A program made the position numbers and the translations under genes. From assembly GCA_032718475.1 (NCBI GenBank), contig JAUCBJ010002013.1:1-42029 (forward strand): 42,029 nt of DNA. The letters run 5' to 3'. This DNA comes from Nemertoderma westbladi. Its lineage: Eukaryota > Animalia > Xenacoelomorpha. Below the pieces are notes generated by a model, which saw nothing but the letters and a program-made list of their open reading frames with translations, was not told the DNA's origin and ran no database searches. Shown here in pieces: positions 1-10,728 of the stretch (position 1 is the first letter of the stretch; each line of letters opens with the position of its first letter).

Positions 1-69
1 TGGCGTCTCCAAAGGGTCAAAATATAAATGAATAAAAACCTCTATGAAACAAGAAAAATGCCTCCATAT

Positions 70-826
70 TTGTTACTGCAGTAATAAATAATTGTTACTG
101 CAGTATAAATTATTAATTACTGCAGTAATAAATAAAAATTATTTTTTACTGCAGTATGAATTATTTGTTACTGCAGTAAAAAAAAAATTTTATTTATTAC
201 TGCAGTAATAAATAATTGTTACTGCAGTAATAAATAAATTGTTACTGCAGTAATAAATATTTGTTACTGCAGTAACAAATAATTATTGCTGCAGTAACAA
301 TTATCAATTATTTATTACTGCAGTAACAATTGTTTCTTACTGCAGTAACAATTATTTATTACTGCAGTAACAATTATTTATTACTGCAGTAACAATTATT
401 TATTACTGCAGTAACAATAATTTAATACTGCAGTAACAATTATTTATTACTGCAGTAACAATAATTTATTACTGCAGTAACAATAATTTAATACTGCAGT
501 AACAATTATTTATTACTGCAGTAACAATTATTTATTACTGCAGTAACAATTATTTGCTACTGCAGTAGCAAATATTTATTACTGCAGTAGCAAATATTTA
601 TTACTGCAGTAACAAATAATTATTACTGCAGTAACAAATAATTATTACTGCAGTAATAAACAAAAAAATTTTTTTTTCTGCAGTAAGAAATAATTGTTAC
701 TGCAGTAAAAAAAAAATTTATTTATTACTGCAGTAATAATTATTTGTTACTGCAGTAATAATTATTTGTTACTGCAGTAATAATTATTTGTTACTGCAGT
801 AGCAAATATTTATTACTGCAGTACTA
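70..826. repeat. Left TIR minisatellite of palindromic TTACTGCAGTAA cores (~19-20 bp unit)
   Basis: Roughly 35-40 copies of (T)TACTGCAGTA(A) separated by 7-13 bp A/T spacers. Confidence 0.95.
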
Positions 827-1769
827 AACTGTCCTTTCATTGGCCGATATAATTAAATTAATCTCCAATCAGAATCCGCAGTTATAAGGGCCACCCAAAA
901 CCGGGTTTAATTGGTTGTTATGCATAATACAATTCCACCAATGGGATCTTATGAAGCGTTTACGAAGCAATCATATGGATTTGTCATTGCCAGATTACAC
1001 TGTTTATGTTCTCTAGCATAACGTAGGATGAAAAACGGGTATTCTTCACACTGTCACAGTCACATGGGCGATAGTTTGGCCTACAATACGTAGCGGTATA
1101 ATCCGTGAACTGGTTAAGTGATATCTCCGGGCGGTTCAGCCTTTCATTTTAGGTAGGACTACAGTAATGTACTGTAAAACTGTAGGCCCAGTGTAAGTAC
1201 AGAAGTACCGTATATCCAAATCAACTAACTGCAATGCAATTAGTATAGATTTACGTGGTACTCGCTATCTGGCAGCCAGGTTACTAGTTAAGTTGAGCCT
1301 GATTCGCATTGGAATTTAAGTGATAGGATATACGTATTGTATGCGATAATTAATTATTAACTTTTTAATATTATGTTGAATTTGAACCACATGAACTAAC
1401 AACTTAAGTAGGCCTAATACTTTATCAATTTTATATTATGTGTTATACAGACTGACAGTAGGCCTAGACAGTACACACACTTATACACACACTTGTTTAT
1501 TTCGCTAAAGTGGTTCTTGAATCAGCACCTGTGAACATTTATTTATGTTAATGTAGCAAAGCGTAGTGATAGAAATATACCAATGCTAGAATAGTTTATA
1601 ATATTTATATAGTAACAATGATTAAGCTTTCAAAACTATAGCGCTATATGGAACTCTAGCCGTTTTTTTCGAAGGGTGGGGGGGGGGGGGGGCGTGTGGA
1701 GCGTCTGGTTTATATTACCTGGTTAGATTTATTAATGTTGTTGAATTTAATATCAATTTCCACAATTAA

Positions 1770-2114
1770 TTACAAAATCAAATTGTTTATGAAGTGTAAA
1801 CAGTCTAAATATAGCTGGACTCCATAGTCGCTACACTCTAACGTCGTATCAGGAAATCTGTTTCTAAGTTCGTGGATTTGCAGAAGACTCAATACATCAT
1901 CTATGTCATAGACTTCTACCAGTGACTCTTCCTCATCTGGAATAGGGCCTTGCCAATCGACACCGTACTCAAAATCATTAATGTCGATTTCATCAACGGT
2001 ACTGTCAAGTCGGCTGTTTATAAATATTTGCTGGGGTGACCAATTCCTTTCTGTTCGGAGAGGGTGGCTATTCCATGCCGCCACAAACTCCGTTAGCGCC
2101 CTGTTAATTCTACC
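1770..2114 (-). pseudogene. IS3EU transposase C-terminal exon (end of integrase-like core)
   Basis: After a TACAG acceptor (~2115) the frame reads GRINRALTEFVAAWNSHPLRTERNWSPQQIF...YGVDWQGPIP...YGVQLYL, characteristic of IS3EU transposase C-termini. Confidence 0.75.
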
Positions 2115-2395
2115 CTGTAATATAAAGTATAAATATTAGCTCTTATACATTCGATTATATCGCTCGAATAAATATTTTATAAATGTAATGTGAATAATAT
2201 TATATATTAAAATTTAGTAAGGTGTAAAGTAAGAAAAATACGGAAAATATTTAATTAGAAATATAAAATTAATCTACCATAAGATTGCAGGTAAAGCTTA
2301 AGCTGATTATTTGACATTTTGAACGTTCAACCCGTCACAACCCGTCATACAATTGTACAGCATTTTCAAAGGTTGAAAGAACTGTACTAGCGCAG

Positions 2396-2866
2396 TTATC
2401 TAGCGCAGTTTCTCCGTTGAATTTGAAATTGTCTCACCCGCCGAGTAATTGTGGACTTACTCACTCCAAACATTTTACTTATTTGTTTCCTTGAAAATCC
2501 GGTGTCCCTAAAAAATTCAAGGCTTTCCTTATCGAAGACATATGTAGGTCGCCCTGATAACCCTGTATACATAAGGGTCGGGCGTAGCCGAGTAGGGTTG
2601 GAACAACAAGTGCTTATACCCATATCGATGGGTTGAATTGTATTTAACCAACGCAGCCATTGTTTGGTTTCATTAAACAGTTGTCCAACAATAGTTGGGC
2701 GGATAATTTGATAACTTTCAATTTTCCCCAATATCGCTACAAAATGTTCAAGATTTCGATGTATATAGTCGTAATCATGTCCACGTACCCCAATGACAGA
2801 AATTGCCTCGCATCTTTCTATAATGCTTGACAAATCGTCTAAAAAAGCGGAACCAAGGTCATCCAT
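2396..2866 (-). pseudogene. IS3EU transposase N-terminal part with helix-turn-helix, truncated
   Basis: GRPTYVFDKESLEFFRDTGFSRKQISKMFGVSKSTITRRVRQFQI is a typical transposase HTH; likely start MDDLGSAF; the frame stops right after the HTH and the DDE core is absent. Confidence 0.7.
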
Positions 2867-3105
2867 GGGCTCGTCGACAGTACCTATTATGTACTGTTTA
2901 GTAGGCCTACTGGCTACTGCTAGAGAACATAAACAGTGTAATCTATGGCAATGACAAAAAGCCATTATGATTGCTTCGTTAACGCTTCTCATTGGTGGAA
3001 TTGTATGCTGCATAACAACCAATTAAACCCGATTTTGGATGGCCCTTATAACTGCGGATTCTGATTGGGGATTAATTGAATCATATCGGCCAATGAAATG
3101 ATAGT

Positions 3106-3812
3106 TTAGTACTGCAGTAATAAATATTTGCTACTGCAGTAAGAAATAATTATTACTGCAGTAACAAATAATTATTACTGCAGTAACAAATAATTATTAC
3201 TGCAGTAATAAATAAATTTTTTTTTTACTGCAGTAACAATTATTTCTTACTGCAGTAAAAATTTTTTTTTTGTTTATTACTGCAGTAATAATTATTTGTT
3301 ACTGCAGTAATAATTATTTGTTACTGCAGTAATAAATATTTGTTACTGCAGTAATAAATATTTGCTACTGCAGTAGCAAATAATTGTTACTGCAGTAATA
3401 AATAATTGTTACTGCAGTATTACATTATTGTTACTGTAGTAATAAATAATTGTTACTGCAGTAATAAATAATTGTTACTGCAGTAATAAATAATTGTTAC
3501 TGCAGTAATAAATAATTGTTACTGCAGTATTAAATAATTGTTACTGCAGTCATAAATAATTGTTACTGCAGTAATAAATAATTGTTACTGCAGTAATAAA
3601 TAATTGTTACTGCAGCAATAATTATTTGTTACTGCAGTAACAAATATTTATTACTGCAGTAACAATTATTTATTACTGCAGTAATAAATAAATTTTTTTT
3701 TTACTGAAGTAACAAATAATTCATACTGCAGTAAAAAATAATTTTTATTTATTACTGCAGTAATTAATAATTTCTACTGCAGTAACAATTATTTATTACT
3801 GCAGTAACAAAT
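3106..3812. repeat. Right TIR minisatellite of palindromic TTACTGCAGTAA cores
   Basis: Inverted counterpart of 70-826. Confidence 0.95.
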
Positions 3813-4011
3813 ATGGAGGCATTTTTCTTGTTTCATAGAGGTTTTTATTCATTTATATTTTGACCCTTTAGAGACGCCATACGTGAAATGTTATTTAAGA
3901 TTCGTGAAGCCTTCGTCTGTGGTTCGTCAGTCCGAATAATTTAGGTAACGAATGCAGAATGCGTATAGTATTCGTACTGTCGTATCGAATGTGAGATTTC
4001 ACTTGTCAATA

Positions 4012-4150
4012 TATTCGTGGCTCATCATTCGTGGCACATGTGATACGAATGCTTCCACTCCACGCAAAAAATAATTCGTGGTTCATTCGTTCGTGGCACA
4101 TCTGATACGAATGCATAGCCGCGCCACGCTTAAAATTATTCGTGGTCCAT
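4012..4150. repeat. ~65-bp tandem ATTCGTGG...TGATACGAATGC repeats, probable DNA-transposon subterminal remnant
   Basis: ATTCGTGGCTCATCATTCGTGGCACATGTGATACGAATGC and ATTCGTGGTTCATTCGTTCGTGGCACATCTGATACGAATGC plus a degenerate third copy. Confidence 0.5.
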
Positions 4151-4591
4151 TTGTGATGTGACGCATGCGATACCGTGCAAAGCATTCTCAATTAGAGTAC
4201 ATACTGTAATTTGGCCAATCACAATTCGGCAAATAATCGAACATGGTGTTATTTAGTCTGTTAGTTAGTATCGTTCAAAGGCGCTTTGAAAGCTTATGTA
4301 AACCTGCTCCCTTAACCAACATGCTTTATATAATATCTAGAGGTAATGTACTGTCTGACTGTAGGCTAGGTGAGATAAATAAAATGACAACATAAAACTA
4401 CTGCAGTAACTTAGGGAACTACAGTATGCAGGTATGTATGTATGTAGGCACCGACACCCACACCCCCCCCCCCCCCCCCCCCCCACCCGTAGTTATACAT
4501 ATTTGTAGTATTAGTAGTCATATTTGGACTGGAAATAAAAATTGTATAATCATGTACTGAACTGCTGAAATAGTTTACTAACATTGCCGAA

Positions 4592-4711
4592 GTTGTCGGT
4601 TTGTGATTTTACCTGTCGGTTTGTGTCGGTTTTGTGTCTTTTGTTGTCGGTGGTTGTCGGTGGTATGCGAAAGGTGTCGGTGGTTGTCGGTGGCGTATTT
4701 AGTCAAACCCC
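4592..4711 (-). mobile_element. Single DNA-transposon end with TGTCGG subterminal repeats (ISL2EU/Harbinger-like)
   Basis: About 7 TGTCGGT motifs ending in GGCGTATTTAGTCAAACCCC; no partner TIR found in the window. Confidence 0.4.
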
Positions 4712-5825
4712 TGAACGAGCAACAATGAGCAACAACGAGTAACAACGAGCAACTACGAACTACGAGTAACATTGAGCAACAACGAGCAAAAGTGAGCAAT
4801 AATAAAGTACAACAACGAGCAACAATGAGCAACAGCGAGAAACAGCGAGCAACAATGACTAACGACGACGACTGAACGAGCAATAATAAAGTACAACAAC
4901 GAGAAACAACGACCAATAATTAGGACACGAGGAACAACGAGTAACAATGAGCAACAATGACAATGAGTAACAACGAGTAACATTGAGCAATAATAATTTT
5001 AATAAAGTATAACAACGAGTAACATTGAGCAACAAAGAGAAATACTGAGCAACAATGAGCAATAATAAAGAACAACAACGAGCAACCATGAACAACGAGA
5101 AACAACAAGCAATAATGAGCAACAACGACTGAACGAGCAACAACGAGTTATATTGAGCAACAACGAGCTTATATTGAGCAACAATGAGCAATAATAAAGT
5201 ACAACAACGCCCGACTGAACGACCAACAACGAGTAATATTGAGCAACAATGAGCAATAATAAAGTAGAACAACGAGAAACAACGAGCAACAATGAAGAAC
5301 AACGATTGAACGAGCAATAATAAAGTACAACAACGAGCAACATTGAGTAACAATGAGCAATAATGAGCTACAACGAGCAACAATGAGCAATATTAAAGAA
5401 CAACAACGAGCAACAATGAGCAACAACGATTGAACGAGCAACAACGAGATATATTGAGCAACAACGAGTTATATTGAGCAACAATGAGCAATAATAAAGT
5501 ACAACAACGAGCAACAATGAGCAACAACGAGTAATATTGAGCAACAATGAGCAATAATAAAGTACAACAACGAGCAACAATGAGGAACAACGATTGAACG
5601 AGCAATAATAAAGTGCAACAACGAGCAACAATGAGTAACAATGAGCAATAATGAGCAACAGCGAGCAATAATAGAGTACAATGAGCAACAACGAGCAATA
5701 ATAAAGTACAACTAACGAGCAACAATGAGCACCAACAAGCAGCAATGACCAACAATGAGGAAAAATGACCAACAACGAGAAATAATAAAGCACAACGAGC
5801 AGCAATGAGCAAGAACGAGCAACAA
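4712..5825. repeat. Complex satellite of AACAACGAGC / AACAATGAGC / AATAATAAAGTAC units
   Basis: ~10-bp basic unit with higher-order blocks and strong A/C strand bias; explains the many overlapping spurious minus-strand ORFs. Confidence 0.95.
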
Positions 5826-5847
5826 ACTGCGTCGAACCGGATTGAAA

Positions 5848-6212
5848 GTGGGGGAGAGCCACGTTCAAGTGAGCGAAGCCTTAGCTGGGCCTGGGGGTGC
5901 TATTAACTATTATATGGGTGCTATTAACGAGTTGTCTGTCGTTGTCGTAAATTTTTTATCGCTAATAACTCGGTCATTCCTTGATGAAATTAAACGAAAT
6001 TTAGTATGTATGTAGTCTGTCAAAAGATGAGAAATAATTTGAAGTTTGGTAAAAAACAAACGAACGCAATGAGGCAAATAAGGAGACGAGTATTGTGTTG
6101 AACGACCTCTGACTAACGAAAGACAACATGTTAATGGGGTGGGGCCCCTATCAGCTAGGGCTAGCTAAGGCTTTGCTCACTTCATGCTGCGCAAAGGTCC
6201 CACGAACGTGTC
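5848..6212 (+). mobile_element. Helentron-type (HINE-like) non-autonomous element
   Basis: 5' GTGGGGGAGAGCCACG; internal inverted pair AAGTGAGCGAAGCCTTAGCTGG (~5867) / CTAGCTAAGGCTTTGCTCACTT (~6161); 3' TGCTGCGCAAAGGTCCCACGAACGTG shared with the copies at 8410 and 34261. Confidence 0.5.
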
Positions 6213-6794
6213 CCACTCCTGCCTGAGCCAGTTGAGCCAAAACGTCATCCAGTCCTGCAGTCATCATCTTTAACCTTCATAACGTCTATCAGCTGCCTGA
6301 CCGAACCATCTTTGTTACTATTGACATGACATTGACATTGGTTTTTCACTTTTTTCACACCTTTCAAGTACAACATTGTGGACAATCCATCTAAGTGGGG
6401 CGTAACGCGGAGCAGAAGAAGAAATGCAGGACACAAGTTCGTTTTTCGAAACTGTGCGGCGATGTCCAGTTACTTGAGTCATGTCTCATCGAAATACGTG
6501 ACAATGTATGTGCGCTCAGATGGGTGATGGGCTATTCTATTCTACCATGTGAGGTAAGAATGCCAGTGCTAGCAACTTCATTATGATACGATATTCTATC
6601 AAGGATTTATAGAGTGCAGTGCAACCATAGTCCTTATCCTTAACCCAACAATTAGCAATATACAGACTGACTGGACTGACATAAATCAAAGAATTATGAA
6701 AGAAGTGTAACACATACTGAGTAAGGAATAAGGAATGTTTATTTTTTAAGCAATATATGCAAATTTTGATGCTTCTCAACAAATCGGTGCCAGT

Positions 6795-6975
6795 CTTGAT
6801 TTTCGGGGGCGCAGCGTGCCGAACTCGGCGCGTTTGCTGATTTGAGAGCGTGCCGCGCGCCAATACCGGCGCGCTTCTTGATTTTAGAGCGCGCCACGCG
6901 CCATTACCGGCGCACTTCTTGATTTTCGGGTGCGCCGCGCGCCAATTTGGCGCGCTTTTATTCTAAAGTGCGCTG
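6795..6975. repeat. GC-rich ~40-bp tandem repeat (CTTGATTTT...GCGCGCC...GGCGCGC), 4-5 copies
   Basis: Directly visible CpG-rich tandem units, probably the subterminal array of a DNA transposon. Confidence 0.7.
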
Positions 6976-7014
6976 GATTAATCCGGTGCAAAGTGTATGG
7001 AAACCAGTCTGGCC

Positions 7015-7087
7015 AGCTCCGGCACTTTTAGGTTGCTCCGGTCCGGTACCCGGCTCCGGCAAAAAAAATAGCTCCGGTCGAACCCTA
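7015..7087 (-). mobile_element. hAT-like terminal fragment (TAGGGTTCGACCGGAGC on the minus strand) with CTCCGG repeats
   Basis: TAGGG terminus and repeated GCTCCGG motifs; no partner end found. Confidence 0.4.
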
Positions 7088-7109
7088 ATGACATCCATAT
7101 TCTGATATG

Positions 7110-7193
7110 TGCGCCAGGATCCTCAATGCGCTCCACACGCCCCTGTTGCTACGCGCCAGGATCCTCAATGCGCGCCACACGCCCCTGTTGCTA
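7110..7193. repeat. ~42-bp tandem duplication GCGCCAGGATCCTCAATGCGC..CCACACGCCCCTGTTGCTA
   Basis: Two near-identical adjacent copies. Confidence 0.85.
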
Positions 7194-7764
7194 AATGTGC
7201 GCAACACATGTTGAGCAAACTCTACATAAATTCCAACCTGGACCTAATGAAATGAGGCAGTGTCGCAGTTAAGTGTTACCAGTACCACAGCCCCAGATTG
7301 ACAAAAGGTAGCTCAGTCAGTCAGTAGCTGGCCAACTGTGGACTGAGCATGAGCAATTACCGAATTAATAGCTTAACCCAGTACATTGGTCTGGTACAGC
7401 AGTAGCCATATACAGATGTAACCTGATAACGAGTCTGTCAGCAGTCAGTACTGCCGGATGCCGGACAGCAGTACCGTATATTATTACTATATTATACTTA
7501 TTACGTATAGGTATACTATTACACTATTATTATTATTATTAAAATGGATTTACATGATAACGTGACAGGGTCGCCCCCTAGTGAGTTTAAAAACGTACAA
7601 AATTATCCAAAATATCTTACAGGGATACATGACCGAACATAATCAGGATCAAATGTAACATACTTATTTTATTATGTATCAAACGTAACCGCATTTATGT
7701 TACATTGGATCCTATAACTATGTTACATTCGATCTACAAGTTACTAAGCCCGAATGTAACATGG

Positions 7765-8155
7765 CCATTTGAAGGAGCACGTTACATAGCAGCAGAGGCG
7801 TGTTGGGAGAACCAAAACAATAAACGAAAGTTAACACATGTTACAAGATTATGCAGGTTAGCCTACTTTTATTTAAAGGAGCGTTACAGAGGTGTGTTGG
7901 GGGAACCAAAACTATAAAGGAAAGTTAACACATGTTACAAGATGATTATGCAGGTTAGCCTACTTTTATTTAAAGGAGCAGGTTACAGCTTAAAGACAGA
8001 GGCGTGTTGGGGGAACCAAAACAATAGGCCTAAAGGAAAATTAACACGTGTCACATGTTACAAGATTATGCAGGTTAGCCTACTTGTATTTAAAGGAGCA
8101 GGTTACAGGGGCGATTATGCAGATTCGATTGCAGACAAGATTATGCAGGTTACTT
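7765..8155. repeat. ~90-130 bp tandem repeat (GTTACAAGATTATGCAGGTTAGCCTAC...AAAGGAGC...TGTTGGGGAACCAAAAC)
   Basis: 3-4 degenerate copies. Confidence 0.85.
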
Positions 8156-8408
8156 AATTGGGTCGTTGTTTTGTAGGCATACTCACCAAACTGTAAATCC
8201 ATTTCAATAATTAGATTAAGTAATTAATAAGATTGTAATAGTTTGTATTGTAATTATTTATGTACACTATTTACTTGAAATCTTAAACAAATAAATTTTC
8301 ATGCAATATCTCATTGTATAAATCCTACAGTAACGTGTATTGGCTATGCAATAAGATTTAGTAAAATTACACATACAGTAGGCCAATTTATTAAAATTTC
8401 TAAAAAGT

Positions 8409-9372
8409 ACTACACGTTCGTGGGGCCTTCGCGCAACACGAGGCTCTGTTATGAGATACAAATTAAAAATTGAGCAACTCTAACACAAAATCTGTATTTA
8501 AGATATTAACCAAACTGCAAATAAATCATAAGAGGGGAAAGTTGCTCGCTTTCAACCCCCCCCCCCCCCCCCCCCCCCCCTTAATCTGCACCCCAACCCA
8601 AAGGTACACAGAGGAATGTTCACAGGCAGGTATTAACAGAAAATTGGTGTTTTAATAGTAATATATTTTAGGCGTGGAGGTGAAACAATTTATAAGAAAT
8701 ATTATAACTTACCTTATGACGTTTTAGTATTGATACTGAAATATTAATTTACCATGTTGATGTCACAACAAAATTATTTAGCTATATTTATTCTAAAGAA
8801 TCTCCATTAAATACTCAGCCAATCATTTTGCGAGATAAACCATAAGCAAGCTGTCTTATTACTCTAGGGCCTAACACGATTGCATGTCCTATATAATTAC
8901 ACCTAGCTGGAATAGTGGTGAGGTAGAACTGGTCGGACTGATTCCTAGCCCGGCAAACACACCGGACTTGTTCTAGCACATATCTGATGTTTCAGCTAAA
9001 TCAGTGATTGCACTTTGAGACATTTAGCCCTCTAGCGGCAGACTAGAGAACTGCAGACAGATGAGCCTCCTTTGAATGACACAGTTAATGGTCTAGTACA
9101 AATATATATTTTATATTTGTTATGTTATATTTTATATATATATTTTTTTTGCTTGGAAGTCCCTAAAAAACAAAACTTATGGTCTTATTGATGCCTACTA
9201 ATTTTAGACTCGAAAGCTTTAAATCCGACGAAGTTATAAGTATGTCAAAATCGTAGCGACAATGATGACATACAGTACAATTATTGCATGAACTATTTGC
9301 CATAATTGACCTACCCCCCCTAAGAGATAGCACCAGTTCGCAAAGGATCCGCCAACTTCGTGGCTCGGACCC
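8409..9372 (-). mobile_element. Helentron-type (HINE-like) element, same family as 32801-34290
   Basis: Reverse complement starts GAGCCACGAAGTTGGCGGA, contains CGATTTTGACATACTTATAACTTCGTCGGATTTAAAGCT and CTGCAGTTCTCTAGTCTGCCGCTAGAGGGC, and ends GTTGCGCGAAGGCCCCACGAACGTG. Confidence 0.65.
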
Positions 9373-9529
9373 TATACCCCATGCTATAAAATGTATTCGA
9401 TCGATATACAATTATATATTAATCCGCTAGGTGGTGTCAAATTATTATTCTACAATTTCGTACTTGTACAGTACAGCAGTACCGTACCGGTAGGCCTATG
9501 TCATTACTTCGGAGTCTCTAGCCGATCCC

Positions 9530-9876
9530 CAATTAAATGTCTTAACTTTTCAATTTCGTAGAAGATAAACTTTATGATTCTCTACAAGCAACCAAAATTT
9601 CAGCTCTGGAAAATGAGGCGTTCCCGAGAAATTTAACATTTTCTAAAAACCACATAATCTGTCGTAGCTGACGTCAGACTGCATGATTTTTCACCAAACT
9701 TTACAAATTTTATAAACTTTCCCTCTACTACTTACCTACTAAGTTTGGTTCAATTTCAAATCAGCGATGCCGAGAAATTCGCATTCAAAGATTTACCAGA
9801 CGGACAGACGGACATGCCCCATTTGCCCTATATGAACCGTATGCCAAGGCTCGCCGACTACGTGTCTTGCCCACAT
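9530..9876 (-). mobile_element. Second HINE/DINE-1-like remnant with GACGGACAGACGGAC microsatellite
   Basis: Two degenerate units (CCAAAATTTCAGCTC..CCGAGAAATT / AAGTTTGGTTC..CCGAGAAATT) followed by CAGACGGACAGACGGACATG. Confidence 0.35.
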
Positions 9877-10728
9877 GTATAAACAGATATAATTATGACA
9901 ACGTGTATATTTAAAATGGTTTAATTATACAATAAAATTCATAAAAATAACAAGTAGATTTTAAGTAAAGAAAAGACTAAAAATACAATAAAATTGCATA
10001 AAACAGTACGTACAATACTATAAAATTATGACGTCACGCATTTATATAAAATGGTTTGTCTTTACAATAAATTTAATAGAAAAATTTAAATAAAACGATT
10101 GCATCAAAATTATACATGTACATTACTGCATTATTTACTTAAAATTATCAAATGAATTACATAAAATAACATAGTGTAAAACTGATGTAGGTCTAAACTA
10201 AGTAAGTTTCTGGGTAAGTTTCTGATTCTGGGGCTACCCTACCACTAGTCAAAATACTAGACGGCTAGACCAGTAGACAGGCACTCAGACACGTTTGTGT
10301 TTGCAGCACGAGAGTACAGTAAACTAATCTCTATTAGATATACGAAAACTGTCTTTCCTAAAATATATATGAGTGAAGGCGATGGTATCAGTTTGTGATA
10401 AACTAGTTGTAAAAATAGAGATCCATTTCAGTTTGCCCTTACACACTTTAACTGTCATTTGTAAACCTTCTATCTAGGGCTATTTAAGTTAAGTATGACA
10501 TTTTTAGTTTTACAATACTCTTCTCCTTCAATAGCCTCGTTCCGCGCGTCCTGTGTTGAGGAGTCAGTTCGGGGAAGTTAGTAGTCAAAAAACAAGTTAT
10601 TGTAAACTAACTAAAATCTTTATATTCCGACAAACCTACAGTAGTAATATAATTGAATCCAAACCACACAAACTAATTACAAAAGAATGAATATTGAGTC
10701 TAATACATAGAGTTTATATCAGTGCATT

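Larger units (their letters stand above)
1..3881 (-). mobile_element. IS3EU-superfamily DNA transposon, internally deleted, with ~1-kb terminal inverted repeats
   Basis: Window start TGGCGTCTCCAAAGGGTCAAAATAT is the reverse complement of ATATTTTGACCCTTTAGAGACGCCATA ending at 3881 (the first 2 nt, TA, lie outside the window). TAYGG...CCRTA ends are the IS3EU signature. Inverted homology extends to ~1018 and ~2918. Transposase fragments lie between the arms. Confidence 0.8.

Noticed and set aside
70-826. CRISPR-like repeat array
   Set aside because: Spacers are short, A/T-only and repetitive, there are no cas genes, the context is eukaryotic and the array is part of a TIR
4578-5868. Many overlapping hydrophobic Leu/Val/Cys-rich ORFs
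   Set aside because: Artefacts of the A/C-rich satellite, whose reverse strand has few stop codons
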